Shown piece by piece: positions 52,083 through 61,953 of a stretch of 64,000 bases of DNA. The notes below the pieces were generated by a model that did no database searches, was not told where the DNA came from, and saw only the letters and a program-made list of their open reading frames with translations. The first letter of the stretch is position 1. Each line of letters starts with the position of its first letter. The stretch is taken from assembly GCA_965219415.1 (NCBI GenBank), contig OZ244742.1, forward strand, positions 32,001 through 96,000, read 5' to 3'. The translations under genes were made by a program, and so were the position numbers. This DNA is from Candidatus Marinacidobacterales bacterium (lineage in GTDB: Bacteria; Acidobacteriota; Vicinamibacteria; Marinacidobacterales; DATDRI01).

Positions 52083-53450
52083 ATGATGTCGAACCTGGTG
52101 TCTTCCATCGTTCTGGGTATCCTTTTGGCAGCCTCGGGCGCGTCGGCCTTCGGACATCCCCCTGGCCTCTCCCAAACCCAACAACAGCAAGAGCCGGAAA
52201 AGACTGAACAGCCTGAAGCGGCCGAACCCCCGGCGGAAAAACAAGCTCAGGAGGCACAGTCCGCCGAGGAGGAGGGTGCTGAGCAAGTCGATGCGGACGG
52301 CGATGAGGAGAAAGGTCCCAAGAGGCAGCCGGGTTTGCTTCCTCTGGTGCCGCTAGCGGAAGTCGATCTGGACGCTCGCCCGGTGGGACCGGCCCTCGTT
52401 TTCGAGGACTCCCTCATCGTCGTCACCGAGGCCGGCACAGCCATGCGTCTCGACGGCAAGACGGGCGAACTACTATGGAAGCTGGGCCTCCCCGGGAGTG
52501 GACTACTGCCGCCTTCCCTCTTTTCCGAGACGCTTCTCCTCGTCGACCGATCGGGTACGTTGTTTTTCATCGATCCACTCACGGGAACGATCGTGGACGA
52601 GCTGCCGACGCATGTCTCGCCTATCTTGCCCCCGCGCTCGATGGGAGAGACGATCTTCTTGGCAGCCGCCGACTCGGTGGTCATCGGCTATCACGTTGAG
52701 AGGAAACAGGAGGTTTGGCGCGCCGCGGTCGAGGACACGCCGCTGGCGATGGCCGTCGGGGGCGACTTGCTCCTGGTCTCCGATGGGACCGGCGCTCTTC
52801 ACGCGCTCGACTCGAAAACCGGTCTCCAGCAATGGCAGTTTCAGGGACGCGGAACCTTCCCTGCGCCGGCCGTATTCGACGCAAGCAACGAAAGACTCTT
52901 CATCGGGGATACCGGAGGCGTCTTTTATTCCCTTTCCGCCCGTAACGGCAAAGTTCACTATCGATGGCCAACGGGCGCGGCGGTCCCGCTGGCGGCGCTC
53001 GTCGAAGAGGACCGTATCTTTGTTGCCACCTACGCCAACACCCTCTTTTGCTATCGTCCCGGGAACGGCCATGAGCTCTGGAGGGCCAATCTGCCCGGCC
53101 GACCCGCGGCGTCCCCCCAACGCGCACGACGGCGCGTCGTGGTGGTGACCTTCGATGGACAGGTCGCCGAGTACGGCTCCGGCGGAACGAGTGACACCCC
53201 CCTTTACACGGCCCCCACGGCCATACTCCCGACGCCTACTCTCATGCCAGGGGGGCTCGCCTTGCCCTTACTTTCGGGACGCTTGCTCCTTTTACAAACC
53301 CAAGCGCCTGTTCCCAAAATCGAGCCCGGTGAAGAGGGAGCCTTGGAGGGCGAGCTCGAGGGAGCGCCGGAGGAAGAGGTGGAAGGCGAGTCGGAGGGTG
53401 AGGCACCGACTGAAAGAACCAATCCGACGGTCCCGCCCACGCCGAAGTAG
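52083..53450 (+). CDS. Secreted PQQ-type beta-propeller (BamB-like) protein
   Basis: Signal peptide; repeats of ALDSKTG..QW / LDGKTGELLW. Confidence 0.8.
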   Translation: MMSNLVSSIVLGILLAASGASAFGHPPGLSQTQQQQEPEKTEQPEAAEPPAEKQAQEAQSAEEEGAEQVDADGDEEKGPKRQPGLLPLVPLAEVDLDARPVGPALVFEDSLIVVTEAGTAMRLDGKTGELLWKLGLPGSGLLPPSLFSETLLLVDRSGTLFFIDPLTGTIVDELPTHVSPILPPRSMGETIFLAAADSVVIGYHVERKQEVWRAAVEDTPLAMAVGGDLLLVSDGTGALHALDSKTGLQQWQFQGRGTFPAPAVFDASNERLFIGDTGGVFYSLSARNGKVHYRWPTGAAVPLAALVEEDRIFVATYANTLFCYRPGNGHELWRANLPGRPAASPQRARRRVVVVTFDGQVAEYGSGGTSDTPLYTAPTAILPTPTLMPGGLALPLLSGRLLLLQTQAPVPKIEPGEEGALEGELEGAPEEEVEGESEGEAPTERTNPTVPPTPK

Positions 53451-53552
53451 GACGGAAGTGTCCTAGAAAAAGACCCTTCCCAGGCTCTGAATTCACGAAA
53501 TCCCGCGCCAGACACCGGCCGAGCCTTGGAACAGAACCTGCGGTATGAACGT

Positions 53553-53587
53553 TCCTTTACTCCTTTACTCCTTTACTCCTTTACTCC
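53553..53587. repeat. Short tandem repeat (TCCTTTAC)x4
   Basis: Direct inspection. Confidence 0.9.
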
Positions 53588-53671
53588 CTCAGGGAGATTT
53601 GGCCGTCAAAATGCGCAGTGCCGAGAAACAAGGTGGTCAGACGGCGGGTGAGGGTGGTTTATCAGGAAGCT

Positions 53672-53701
53672 TTGACAGTCTATGTACGGGAAAGCTAAGA
53701 T
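53672..53701 (+). promoter_or_regulatory. sigma70-type promoter
   Basis: TTGACA-18 nt-TAAGAT. Confidence 0.5.
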
Positions 53702-53720
53702 GGTGTTGGGTTTCTACAAG

Positions 53721-54245
53721 ATGCGATACTTTCAACACGTAGCCCTATGGGCCGTGCCGGTGATGATTGCCATCCTGGCCGCTGCCACAAGTGGACTGGT
53801 GGCGGCTCAAGAAGCCCCTCGCCAGTTTTACTCCGTCAAGCGCCTGGTATCCGATTCCGAACGGGATCGAGATGAAGGACTTCAGCAAAGAATCCATCAG
53901 GTACGACTTTCGTTCATGGAACGAGAGACCGAGCTCCTGGAAGAGTGCTTCAGCGGCAAGAAGGTGTTCATCTCCTTGAGATCGAAAAAGACCGAGCCGG
54001 GGTACTACACCCGCAGCCAGCTTCACTTTATTTTCGACAATCTTTTCGAGGATTTGCAGACCCGCACTTTCAAGTACTCGCCAGCCGACATCAGCATCTC
54101 CAAAGACGGAAGGGCCTTCTTCCGTTCCGAGTGGACCTACATGGTGCTGGGATCGGACACGGTCGTGACCGAGCATCTGCATTTTTCGTTCGAGAAGGAG
54201 AAGGGCGCCTGGCGAATCTTCGAGCTCAAGTCTGTCTCTAAGTAA
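53721..54245 (+). CDS. Secreted hypothetical protein, NTF2/DUF4783-like
   Basis: Signal peptide; GYYTRSQL.FIF..LF; terminal KEKGAWRI.E. Confidence 0.6.
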   Translation: MRYFQHVALWAVPVMIAILAAATSGLVAAQEAPRQFYSVKRLVSDSERDRDEGLQQRIHQVRLSFMERETELLEECFSGKKVFISLRSKKTEPGYYTRSQLHFIFDNLFEDLQTRTFKYSPADISISKDGRAFFRSEWTYMVLGSDTVVTEHLHFSFEKEKGAWRIFELKSVSK

Positions 54246-54312
54246 CCTGAGATCTGGCTGGGCCCCTTGGTCTGGCGCCCCCGTCTGGTAAAGAACTCGC
54301 GCCCACGGAAGT

Positions 54313-57300
54313 ATGAAAACCCTCACCCTACCCTCTCCCGGAGGGAGAGGGAATGACGGAAGGAAGCCAACGTCCACTACCCTGGCCGCCCGCGTTGCTC
54401 TCTCCATTGCTTTCCTGGTCTTCCTCACGACGCTGGCGGACGTGGCTTCTGGCCACGCTCTGCTCCCACTCCAGGGAGCCGTCGTCGTTGTCCTCCTTTC
54501 GATCGTCGCACTGGCTACTCTAGCCCGCTCGGTGGATTTCCGTCACCAGCCCGTTCCCTTCGTGCTCTCGGCCAGTGTTCTGCTAGCGCTCGCCATTCGC
54601 TTCGGTGGGTACGAAACCGTCGCCCAACGCTCACCCGAAGAGTGGACGGAGCTCAACCAACAGTATGGCGAATCGCTTGCGACACGAGTGTCAGAGCGCT
54701 TCGCTGACTTGAGCCACCGTGCGCGCCTCATCGCGAAACGGCTCGCCGGGGAGCCAGACCTTCTCGAGGCGGTCGCCGAATCGGAGACGCGCGAGGTCGT
54801 CGCGGCCGCGTTCCAAAAACTGGAAAACACGCGTCTCCCCCAGCCACTGGCACAGAACATCGAGGCGACCCCCGGCGCCGTCCTCTACGACCGATACCTC
54901 GACCCTCTGGCCTGGACGGGTAAGACGGTCGACCTCGCGCCCTACTTCGAGACCCTCGAGGGGGAAGCAATTAGTCAGGTTTTCATTTTCGAGCAAGGTG
55001 TCTTCACCCACTTGGTTGTGATCGAACCGCTGGCCAGCGGGAATGGAAGCCTCAGTATCGAGATCCCCCTCGATGCGCGCCGCCGCATCGACAATCGCTA
55101 CCTTAGCGACTTCGACGTCGTTAGTAGTTGGTCCGGCAAGAGCGTGTCGACGGATTTCGTCGACGTTCGTGAAACGGCACCTGAGCTCACTCTCTTCTTC
55201 GATAGAAGCGGTGACCGCTACTGGGGGGGTACCGAGCTAGCTCCGGTTTTCTACTTCCCGCTTCGTCCCCCTTCGGGTGAGTTGCTGGGTGTCGTGTCCC
55301 TGGCAGCCGAAGCTCCCGCCGCCGCGCTGCTCGAACGCCGGCGCGCCACCCAACACGTAGCCGGCCTCAGCCTAACCCTGGCAGCGCTCTTCACCGTCAT
55401 TTGGTTAGGCATCAAGCTTTGGCGCCGCTACACCGCCATCAACGCGTTGGTTTTCGTGGGTGGTTTGTGGGGACTACGATTGATCCTCTCGTCGGCCCGG
55501 CTGCCCTTGGGCTTCGGCACCGCACTCGACAACCCCGCCCACTATGCGTCCGATCTTTTCTTCGACTTCTTCGGCTCACCCATAGACTTCTTCATAAGCG
55601 GTCTATTCATCCTCTTGTCGGTGGTCACGCTTTGTTTTCCCGTCCTTGCGAAGCGAGGCGGGCAAGCCCACCGTCCCCGGGGTTGGCTAAGCACCCTTCT
55701 GGCTCACGGGTCGACACGTGTGGCCGCGCTCGCTCTACTGCTCCTGACTTTGGGAATCCTTTCGGACACATGGAGCAATTCCAACCTGCCCTTGGCGTCG
55801 CCGGGCCTCATTCCACCGGCTCTGTCTCGCTTGGCCGTGCAACTGGCGTTGCTCACGCTGTTGTTCACTACGGGGATCTTGATCGTCTCGCTCATCGCGC
55901 TCGTCGAAAGGATGAGCAAGGGGGGCCACGGCCGTTCGCTCGATAGGCTTGCTCGGTATTGGGCGTTGGACCTCCTGGTTTTCGCTTTCGCCTATTCCAT
56001 CGTCGCGCGGGGCGCCGAGTCAGCGACTCTCCCGCTCGCGCTGCCGCTCTTGTTGGCCTTCGAATTCTTGGCTTTCGCTCGGGCTGGGTTCGTCACCAAA
56101 CTACAGCAAGGCGGTGTCTATTCCCGGTTTGCGGCGCTCTTTCTCGCCCTTTTCGTGCCGGTTCTCGCGTTTTACCCCGCGATCGCCTACTACGAGAACC
56201 GCGTCGCCCGAGATTTCATTCAAGGGACGGTGGCTCCGCTCGTACTTCACCAAGGTGATTCCCAGCTCTACGTCATGCGTGAGACGTTGAGGACGATCGA
56301 GCGTATGCAGTCGGCCGGACAACTCGCCGCGGCGGACCGCGACCAGATAGCGTATCGAGTGTGGTCGGAGTCGGATCTCTCTGTTTTCGCATTGAGCTCG
56401 GCGGTCGACGTGTTCGACGAGGAGGGGACGCTGGTTTCCCGTTTCGCGCTCAATTTCCCAGACACCGAGCTCGGTTGGCACCAGCCGGAAGGTCCGCCTC
56501 CGGAAGAATGGCTTATCGACGAGGAGACCTACCCGGGAGAGCCCAACCGCCCACGAGTGTTCCACGCCCGCCGGGGATTCCCCACCGAGGACGGGAGCCA
56601 ATGGGACTTTCAGGTTCGGTTAGTGGCGGACTGGAGCAATTTGGCTTTCATCGCGACTCGGAGCCCGTACGTGGACTTGTTTCGCTCTCCCGCCGCGGAG
56701 ACTCCCCTGCCATTCTCGCATCGAGAACTAACACTCTACGTGTTCGATGGAGACGGTAGCCGGATTTTTCCGCACGAGCCGACGCTCTCACTCGACTTGA
56801 TGGACTCGGGAGCGAAAGATTCGGCGGAATCCGAGCCTCGGTGGGTCGAGCAATATCTGGAGGCCAATCGTTATTACACTCTGATCTTTTCCGATTCCCA
56901 GTACGTGTACGCTCTCGCCTTTCCCGCGAAGCCATGGCTGGGATACGGGGCCGATGTTGCGGGCTGGGCGATTCTCGTTGCACTCATCACCTTGGCCTTG
57001 TTGTCAATCCCCATGTGGATCGGGCTGTTAGGTGGTCCGAAAACCCTCCGCCCGAGTGACGTGTGGGCCGAGGTCGGGACGAGTTTCTACGGCAAGCTCT
57101 TCGTCGCCTTCGTTCTCCTTGCGCTCATCCCCATCGCATCTCTCGCGTTTCTAGTGCGCGGGATCATGGTCCAACAACTCCAACAAGACGTAGAGCAAGA
57201 GGGCATCGCGCGTGCGAGAGTCGTCAGTCGCTTCGTCCGTGACTACCTTTTGCTCGACAGAATCGACGCCAGCGAAAGAGGCGTCGCCGCGGTGAGCGAC

Positions 57301-58560
57301 CCTCTATTGGAATGGGTCAGCAGCCTCGTCAAGGCCGACGTCGATCTGTATAGCCGGGGCGAACTGGTAGCGACCAGCGAAAGAGAGCTCTTCGACAGCG
57401 GACTCCTTCCCACCCGCGCTGTCCCCGCGGTCTATCGAGAGGTCGTCTTGGCGCGCGCCAACCACTCCATCCACCACGAGTCCGTGGGGGCGTTCCAGTA
57501 TTTAGTGGTGTCGGTTCCCATCGAGCTCGAGCGTTGGCGGGAACCGGGAATCTTGTCCCTTCCATTGACGAGTCGGCAACGCGAGTCCGACGAACGCGTG
57601 GCAGCGCTCAATCAAATGGTCCTGTTGGCCGCATTATGTTTTTTCTTGATCGCGGCGGCGTTGGCCTATTTGTTGGCGCGCAGGATCGCCGGCCCCATCA
57701 ACACCCTGACCGCCACCACCCAAAGCGTGGCGCAAGGCGACTTCGACGTGAGCCTGGATACTTCCTCACGGGATGAGATCGGTGCCCTCTTCCGAAGCTT
57801 CAACCAAATGACGACCAACTTGAAACGTCAGCGCGAGCACCTCGAGCGGACTAAGAAGCTCGAAGCTTGGGCGGAGATGGCCCGCCAAGTCGCACACGAA
57901 ATCAAAAACCCTCTTACGCCGATTCAGCTCTCTACCGAGCATCTTTTGCGCGTCTATCAGGACCCGGACGTCGATTTCGATGAAGTGCTGAAGGGCTGCT
58001 CCGATACGATCCTGGCGCAAATACAGACCCTCCGCAGGATCTCGATGGAGTTCTCCTCCTTCGCATCTCCGTTTCCGCTCAGCCCCGAGCCCACGGACCT
58101 GGAGCGGTTGCTCAAAGAGACCCTCGAGCCTTACCGGCAGGCACCTCCGCCAGGAGTGAGCATCGAAATTGACGCATCGCCTTCCCTTCCGACGATCACC
58201 GTGGATCGGCGGATCATCCAGCGCGCGGTGATCAACTTGGTGGAGAACTCGTTGAACGCCTTGAACGGCGGCGGCGGCGTGTCCGTCTCGTTGCGCCCAA
58301 GCCATTCGGACGGACAGGACTGGGTGGAGATGGAGATCTCCGACACCGGAGCGGGGATCGATCGGGAAACGCTCGCGCGCATCTTCGAGCCTTACTTTTC
58401 GACCCGCGCCGCGGGGACAGGGCTCGGGCTCGCCATCGTGCGCAAGGCAGTGGAAGAGCACGGGGGAGACATTTCCGTGGAGAGTGAGACCGGAAGGGGC
58501 ACGCGCGTACTTGTAAAACTTCCCGTGGAGCCTGGGCAAGACAAAACCGACGCCAGTTGA
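54313..58560 (+). CDS. Large multi-TM sensor histidine kinase (HAMP-HisKA-HATPase_c, NtrY-like C-terminus)
   Basis: HAMP DEIGALFRSFNQM; AWAEMARQVAHEIKNPLTPIQL; NLVEN, DTGAG, GTGLGL; start uncertain. Confidence 0.92.
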   Translation: MKTLTLPSPGGRGNDGRKPTSTTLAARVALSIAFLVFLTTLADVASGHALLPLQGAVVVVLLSIVALATLARSVDFRHQPVPFVLSASVLLALAIRFGGYETVAQRSPEEWTELNQQYGESLATRVSERFADLSHRARLIAKRLAGEPDLLEAVAESETREVVAAAFQKLENTRLPQPLAQNIEATPGAVLYDRYLDPLAWTGKTVDLAPYFETLEGEAISQVFIFEQGVFTHLVVIEPLASGNGSLSIEIPLDARRRIDNRYLSDFDVVSSWSGKSVSTDFVDVRETAPELTLFFDRSGDRYWGGTELAPVFYFPLRPPSGELLGVVSLAAEAPAAALLERRRATQHVAGLSLTLAALFTVIWLGIKLWRRYTAINALVFVGGLWGLRLILSSARLPLGFGTALDNPAHYASDLFFDFFGSPIDFFISGLFILLSVVTLCFPVLAKRGGQAHRPRGWLSTLLAHGSTRVAALALLLLTLGILSDTWSNSNLPLASPGLIPPALSRLAVQLALLTLLFTTGILIVSLIALVERMSKGGHGRSLDRLARYWALDLLVFAFAYSIVARGAESATLPLALPLLLAFEFLAFARAGFVTKLQQGGVYSRFAALFLALFVPVLAFYPAIAYYENRVARDFIQGTVAPLVLHQGDSQLYVMRETLRTIERMQSAGQLAAADRDQIAYRVWSESDLSVFALSSAVDVFDEEGTLVSRFALNFPDTELGWHQPEGPPPEEWLIDEETYPGEPNRPRVFHARRGFPTEDGSQWDFQVRLVADWSNLAFIATRSPYVDLFRSPAAETPLPFSHRELTLYVFDGDGSRIFPHEPTLSLDLMDSGAKDSAESEPRWVEQYLEANRYYTLIFSDSQYVYALAFPAKPWLGYGADVAGWAILVALITLALLSIPMWIGLLGGPKTLRPSDVWAEVGTSFYGKLFVAFVLLALIPIASLAFLVRGIMVQQLQQDVEQEGIARARVVSRFVRDYLLLDRIDASERGVAAVSDPLLEWVSSLVKADVDLYSRGELVATSERELFDSGLLPTRAVPAVYREVVLARANHSIHHESVGAFQYLVVSVPIELERWREPGILSLPLTSRQRESDERVAALNQMVLLAALCFFLIAAALAYLLARRIAGPINTLTATTQSVAQGDFDVSLDTSSRDEIGALFRSFNQMTTNLKRQREHLERTKKLEAWAEMARQVAHEIKNPLTPIQLSTEHLLRVYQDPDVDFDEVLKGCSDTILAQIQTLRRISMEFSSFASPFPLSPEPTDLERLLKETLEPYRQAPPPGVSIEIDASPSLPTITVDRRIIQRAVINLVENSLNALNGGGGVSVSLRPSHSDGQDWVEMEISDTGAGIDRETLARIFEPYFSTRAAGTGLGLAIVRKAVEEHGGDISVESETGRGTRVLVKLPVEPGQDKTDAS
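54320..54352. repeat. BoxC-like palindromic element
   Basis: CCCTCACCCTACCCTCTCCC-GGA-GGGAGAGGG. Confidence 0.6.
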
Positions 58561-58752
58561 ACTGCGTATCTGGACCGAGTTGCCTCACTCACCGGCCCCG
58601 TTACTTCGCTCCCCACCCAGAGGCCAAGCAAGGACCGGCAGGGAGGGCCGCTTCTGGCCAGAGCTATCTAGTCGGGACCGCCGACCGCGACCCGGGGGTG
58701 TCTCGCACCGACCAGGGGCGCGGGCGGTAGGCCCTGCTTTCTCCAATGCAGA

Positions 58753-59680
58753 CTACGCCGGACAGTTAACGATCGGCGCGAGTGGCACGTCGGTGTCGTC
58801 AGCGATGACGGTATCCTTGCTGATGACCTCGCCGTTGCCGATGCGGACGCGGTCGCCGAGCTGGACATCTTTTTGGATGGTGGCGTCAGTACCGATCATC
58901 GTGTCGTTGCCGATGATTGCGCCCGAGTTGACCGACGTGCCATCACCAATACAGACTCCGTTCCCGATCGTCACATCCTTCGTGATCACCACGCCCGCAC
59001 CTAAGATGACATCGTTGCCCACGTTGGCGCCCTTATCGATGATCGCGCCGTCCCCGATGATGACGCCGTCCCCGAGCATGACATCGTCTGCGATGACCGC
59101 ATCCAGCGCCACGCAGGCATCACCAAATCCGTCCATGTTGTCGTCCGTAGGCGATGTTTCCCTGAAGTATGTTCCTGGGCGAGGAAAGATCTAGGCGAAA
59201 ACCCTCGCCCAAATGGTTGAAGGCCTGGTTCCTCTGGAGGGTGTTCCCGGACGAATCATTGAGCACGAAACCCCGGCCCGTGGAGTTACCGAGCCCCCAG
59301 GCCGCGTTGTCAGTGAGTGTGTTCCCAGAGGAACCGTTGAGGAAGAAGCCCCTCTGGAAGCGCATAACCAGGCAGTTCTTTACTGTGACCCCAGTCCTCC
59401 CGGAGATGGTAATGCCGATCCCACTGCCGGGTCCCATGACCAGATGGCCAGCGCAATCCAGGATTACACCATCGGCTGTAAAGGAGATCGTACCGTTGTG
59501 CTGCTCCGTGAGAGTCGTGTCCGCCGCTATAGAAAGGTGGCCGGTAGTTGCGCTCACGGACGACGATATAGTTATCGCCGCAAGAAGCAGGACCAGAACG
59601 GAACAGAGACTTCCAGCGCCACCGTTCGGTACGCCGGGGAAGCCTTGCTTAGTGATTAAGGGGGATATCGGCTCACGCAT
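58753..59680 (-). pseudogene. Secreted right-handed beta-helix (NosD-like) + TSP3-like motif + left-handed hexapeptide beta-helix; junction ~59150
   Basis: ADGVILDCAGH...GVTVKNC...SSGNTL.DN repeats; DDNMDGFGDAC; (I/V)G.G..I hexapeptides. Confidence 0.65.
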
Positions 59681-59786
59681 CACCAAAGTTTGTCGCGCAA
59701 AAAGTAGGACTGCGTCCGGACAGAGTGGACTCGCCGGCACCCCGGTTTCGGCGGGTGCCAAGTCGCATCGAGCTCGGTCCGACACC

Positions 59787-60353
59787 TTACGGGACGATAC
59801 AGATGGAATCGCTTCCCTGTATGAGCGTGCCATCGAACAGTTCGCCGGTGACGGTGGCTGTGGTGTCGCCAGGGGAGAAAGCGCCATCGCTGTCCTCGAT
59901 CTTCGTCAAACCCGTCTCCATTGACGTCTTCGACGTGGGCCAGGAGCTTATTGCTCTTGCCCACGACCCTGACGGCAATACTCTCTAGTTTCACCGTCGC
60001 TGCGTCGACCTGCGTTACGTCGAAATCGACGCTTCCCAGGATGGCAACTGGGATAGCCCCATGGCCGTTGTTGTTGAAACAGTTGGGGTCGCTGCCCGGT
60101 TTGATGTCGATGTCGACGGTGATGATGTCCGGAAGAATGCGCCACTCAAACGTTCCCACTAAGTTGGCGTCTCTATTCGAAATACCGCCGGTGGAAGTCA
60201 AGCTCGAGTTGTTGGTAATTCTCACTGTGTAAGTGCTGCCTTGGACAACCGGCTTTGTAATTGTCCCGGTCGTTCCGATCGCCATGGGGGCGGTTTCGGG
60301 CAGCGGCATCCCTGGTACGAACCAGTTGAAGTTAAATGGATTGAGTCCGGGAG
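59787..60353 (-). pseudogene. C-terminal part of secreted protein with DIKPG...DVNGDG terminal domain
   Basis: DIDIKPGSDPNCFN...GAIPVAILGS...EDVNGDGFD / IEDSDGAF...GSDSICIVP*; cut by IS256-A copy 2. Confidence 0.7.
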
Positions 60354-61686
60354 TAACCTTCCGCGTCACGAAACACGGCGTGAAGGGGCCAACGGAAGGA
60401 GACACCGCCATGAAGGAAAAGACCACAAGACGACGGAGCTCGTCAAGGGTGGCTTGGGAGTCGCTGGAGAAGTGGGCGAGGCTCGAGATCCAGGATTGGG
60501 TGCAGGAGCTGATGGTAGCCGAAGTCACGGAGCTTCTCGGGCGTGAGAAATCGGAGAGACGGAAGCCCGTGGACACAACGGCGGGCTATCGAAATGGATA
60601 CGGTAAGCCTCGGAAGCTGACGATGAGCGTGGGCACGGTGACGGTTCGCCGGCCGAGAGTAGGGGACGTGGAGGAGAGGTTCGAAAGTCGAGTGCTTCCG
60701 CTGTTCAAGCGTCGGAGCGAAACGGTGAGCGAGTTGATTCCGGAGCTGTACCTGCATGGACTAGCTCACGGAGATTTCGATTTGGCGCTCCGCGGGCTTC
60801 TAGGGGAGGACGCTCCACTTTCTTCCAGCACGGTGGCGCGGCTGAAACAGAAATGGCAGGGAGAGTACGAGCAGTGGCTAGCTCGCCCACTGGACGAACT
60901 CGAGCTCGTGTCCCTGTGGGTAGATGGCGTGTACGTGAAGGCCGGCCTTGAGAAGGACAAGGCGGCGGTGCTAGTTGCGGTTGGTGGCCTGTCCGACGGG
61001 ACGAAAATCGTCCTGACGCTGGAGGCCGGGCATCGAGAATCCGAAGCGTCATGGTCGTCGCTGCTACGGAGACTGAAGAAGCGCGGTCTGAGATGTCCCC
61101 GTTTGGTGATCGGTGACGGTCATCTCGACATCTGGGCCGCGACCCGAAACGTATTTCCAGAAGCTGAGGAGCAGCGGTGCTGGAACCACCGAATCCTCAA
61201 CGTACTGGACCGGATTCCGAAAAGGGACCAGGCGCAGGCCAAGCCGCTGTTGACGGCGACCCCCTACCCCACCAGCCTGCAGGAGTGCGAGACGAAGAAG
61301 GCCAAGTTCCAGGATTGGTGCTTGCGCAAGGGTCTTCCGGGGGCCGCGCACGTGCTCGACGAGGACTGGGAGCGGATGGTCAGCTTCTATTCCTTTCCCA
61401 AGCCTCACTGGCAACACCTTCGCACGAGCAACGTCGTGGAATCACCGTTCGCTGCACTGAGATTGAGAACGGATGCGGCCAAAAGGTTCAAGAAAATCGA
61501 GTCCGCCACTGCGACAATCTTCAAACTGCTTCTGGTTGCGGAGAAGAATTTTCGCCGGCTCAACGCACCGGAGCTGATGCGAGAGGTTCACCTGGGCGTT
61601 CGATTTGAAGATGGAGACAGGGTAACGGAGTCGTCGAAGGTTGCTGCTGCCTGAACTTTTTTACACACCCTATTGACAAGAGCTCC
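60354..61686 (+). mobile_element. IS256-family element A, copy 2 (left ~44 bp missing, right TIR present)
   Basis: Right end rc GGAGCTCTTGTCAATAGGGTGTGTAAAAAAGT resembles left end of copy 1. Confidence 0.92.
60410..61654 (+). CDS. IS256-family transposase (intact, 414 aa)
   Basis: GYRNGY, WVDG, IGDG, QRCWNH, RTSNVVES. Confidence 0.95.
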   Translation: MKEKTTRRRSSSRVAWESLEKWARLEIQDWVQELMVAEVTELLGREKSERRKPVDTTAGYRNGYGKPRKLTMSVGTVTVRRPRVGDVEERFESRVLPLFKRRSETVSELIPELYLHGLAHGDFDLALRGLLGEDAPLSSSTVARLKQKWQGEYEQWLARPLDELELVSLWVDGVYVKAGLEKDKAAVLVAVGGLSDGTKIVLTLEAGHRESEASWSSLLRRLKKRGLRCPRLVIGDGHLDIWAATRNVFPEAEEQRCWNHRILNVLDRIPKRDQAQAKPLLTATPYPTSLQECETKKAKFQDWCLRKGLPGAAHVLDEDWERMVSFYSFPKPHWQHLRTSNVVESPFAALRLRTDAAKRFKKIESATATIFKLLLVAEKNFRRLNAPELMREVHLGVRFEDGDRVTESSKVAAA

Positions 61687-61953
61687 TGGCGCTAACATCG
61701 AAGTCCAACGTGAATTCGCCGTCCTGGTCAGCGTCAAAAGTATACTGCCACCCATCCGGAGAGGTGAGTCCCTGAACAAAGGCGAGGCTGCCTTCGTCAC
61801 CCGGTACGTTTTCAGCTACCCAACCGGCACTCCACTGTAGCTGGCCACTGGCGGAGCTCGTCCATGTCGAGGTTGCATTGCCGGAGGCGATAGTGGAGCC
61901 GCCTCCACTTACTGATGAGGCACTTACCGAGACACTCAGCGGGTTGACGGTAC
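61687..61953 (-). pseudogene. Middle fragment of Ser/Thr-rich secreted protein trapped between two IS
   Basis: Open frame TVNPLSVSVSASS...WQYTFDADQDGEFTLDFDVSA on the same strand as 59787-60353. Confidence 0.55.

Noticed and set aside
60233-60409. N-terminal extension of IS256-A transposase
   Set aside because: It is antisense of the interrupted host gene; copy 1 and the RBS place the start at 60410.
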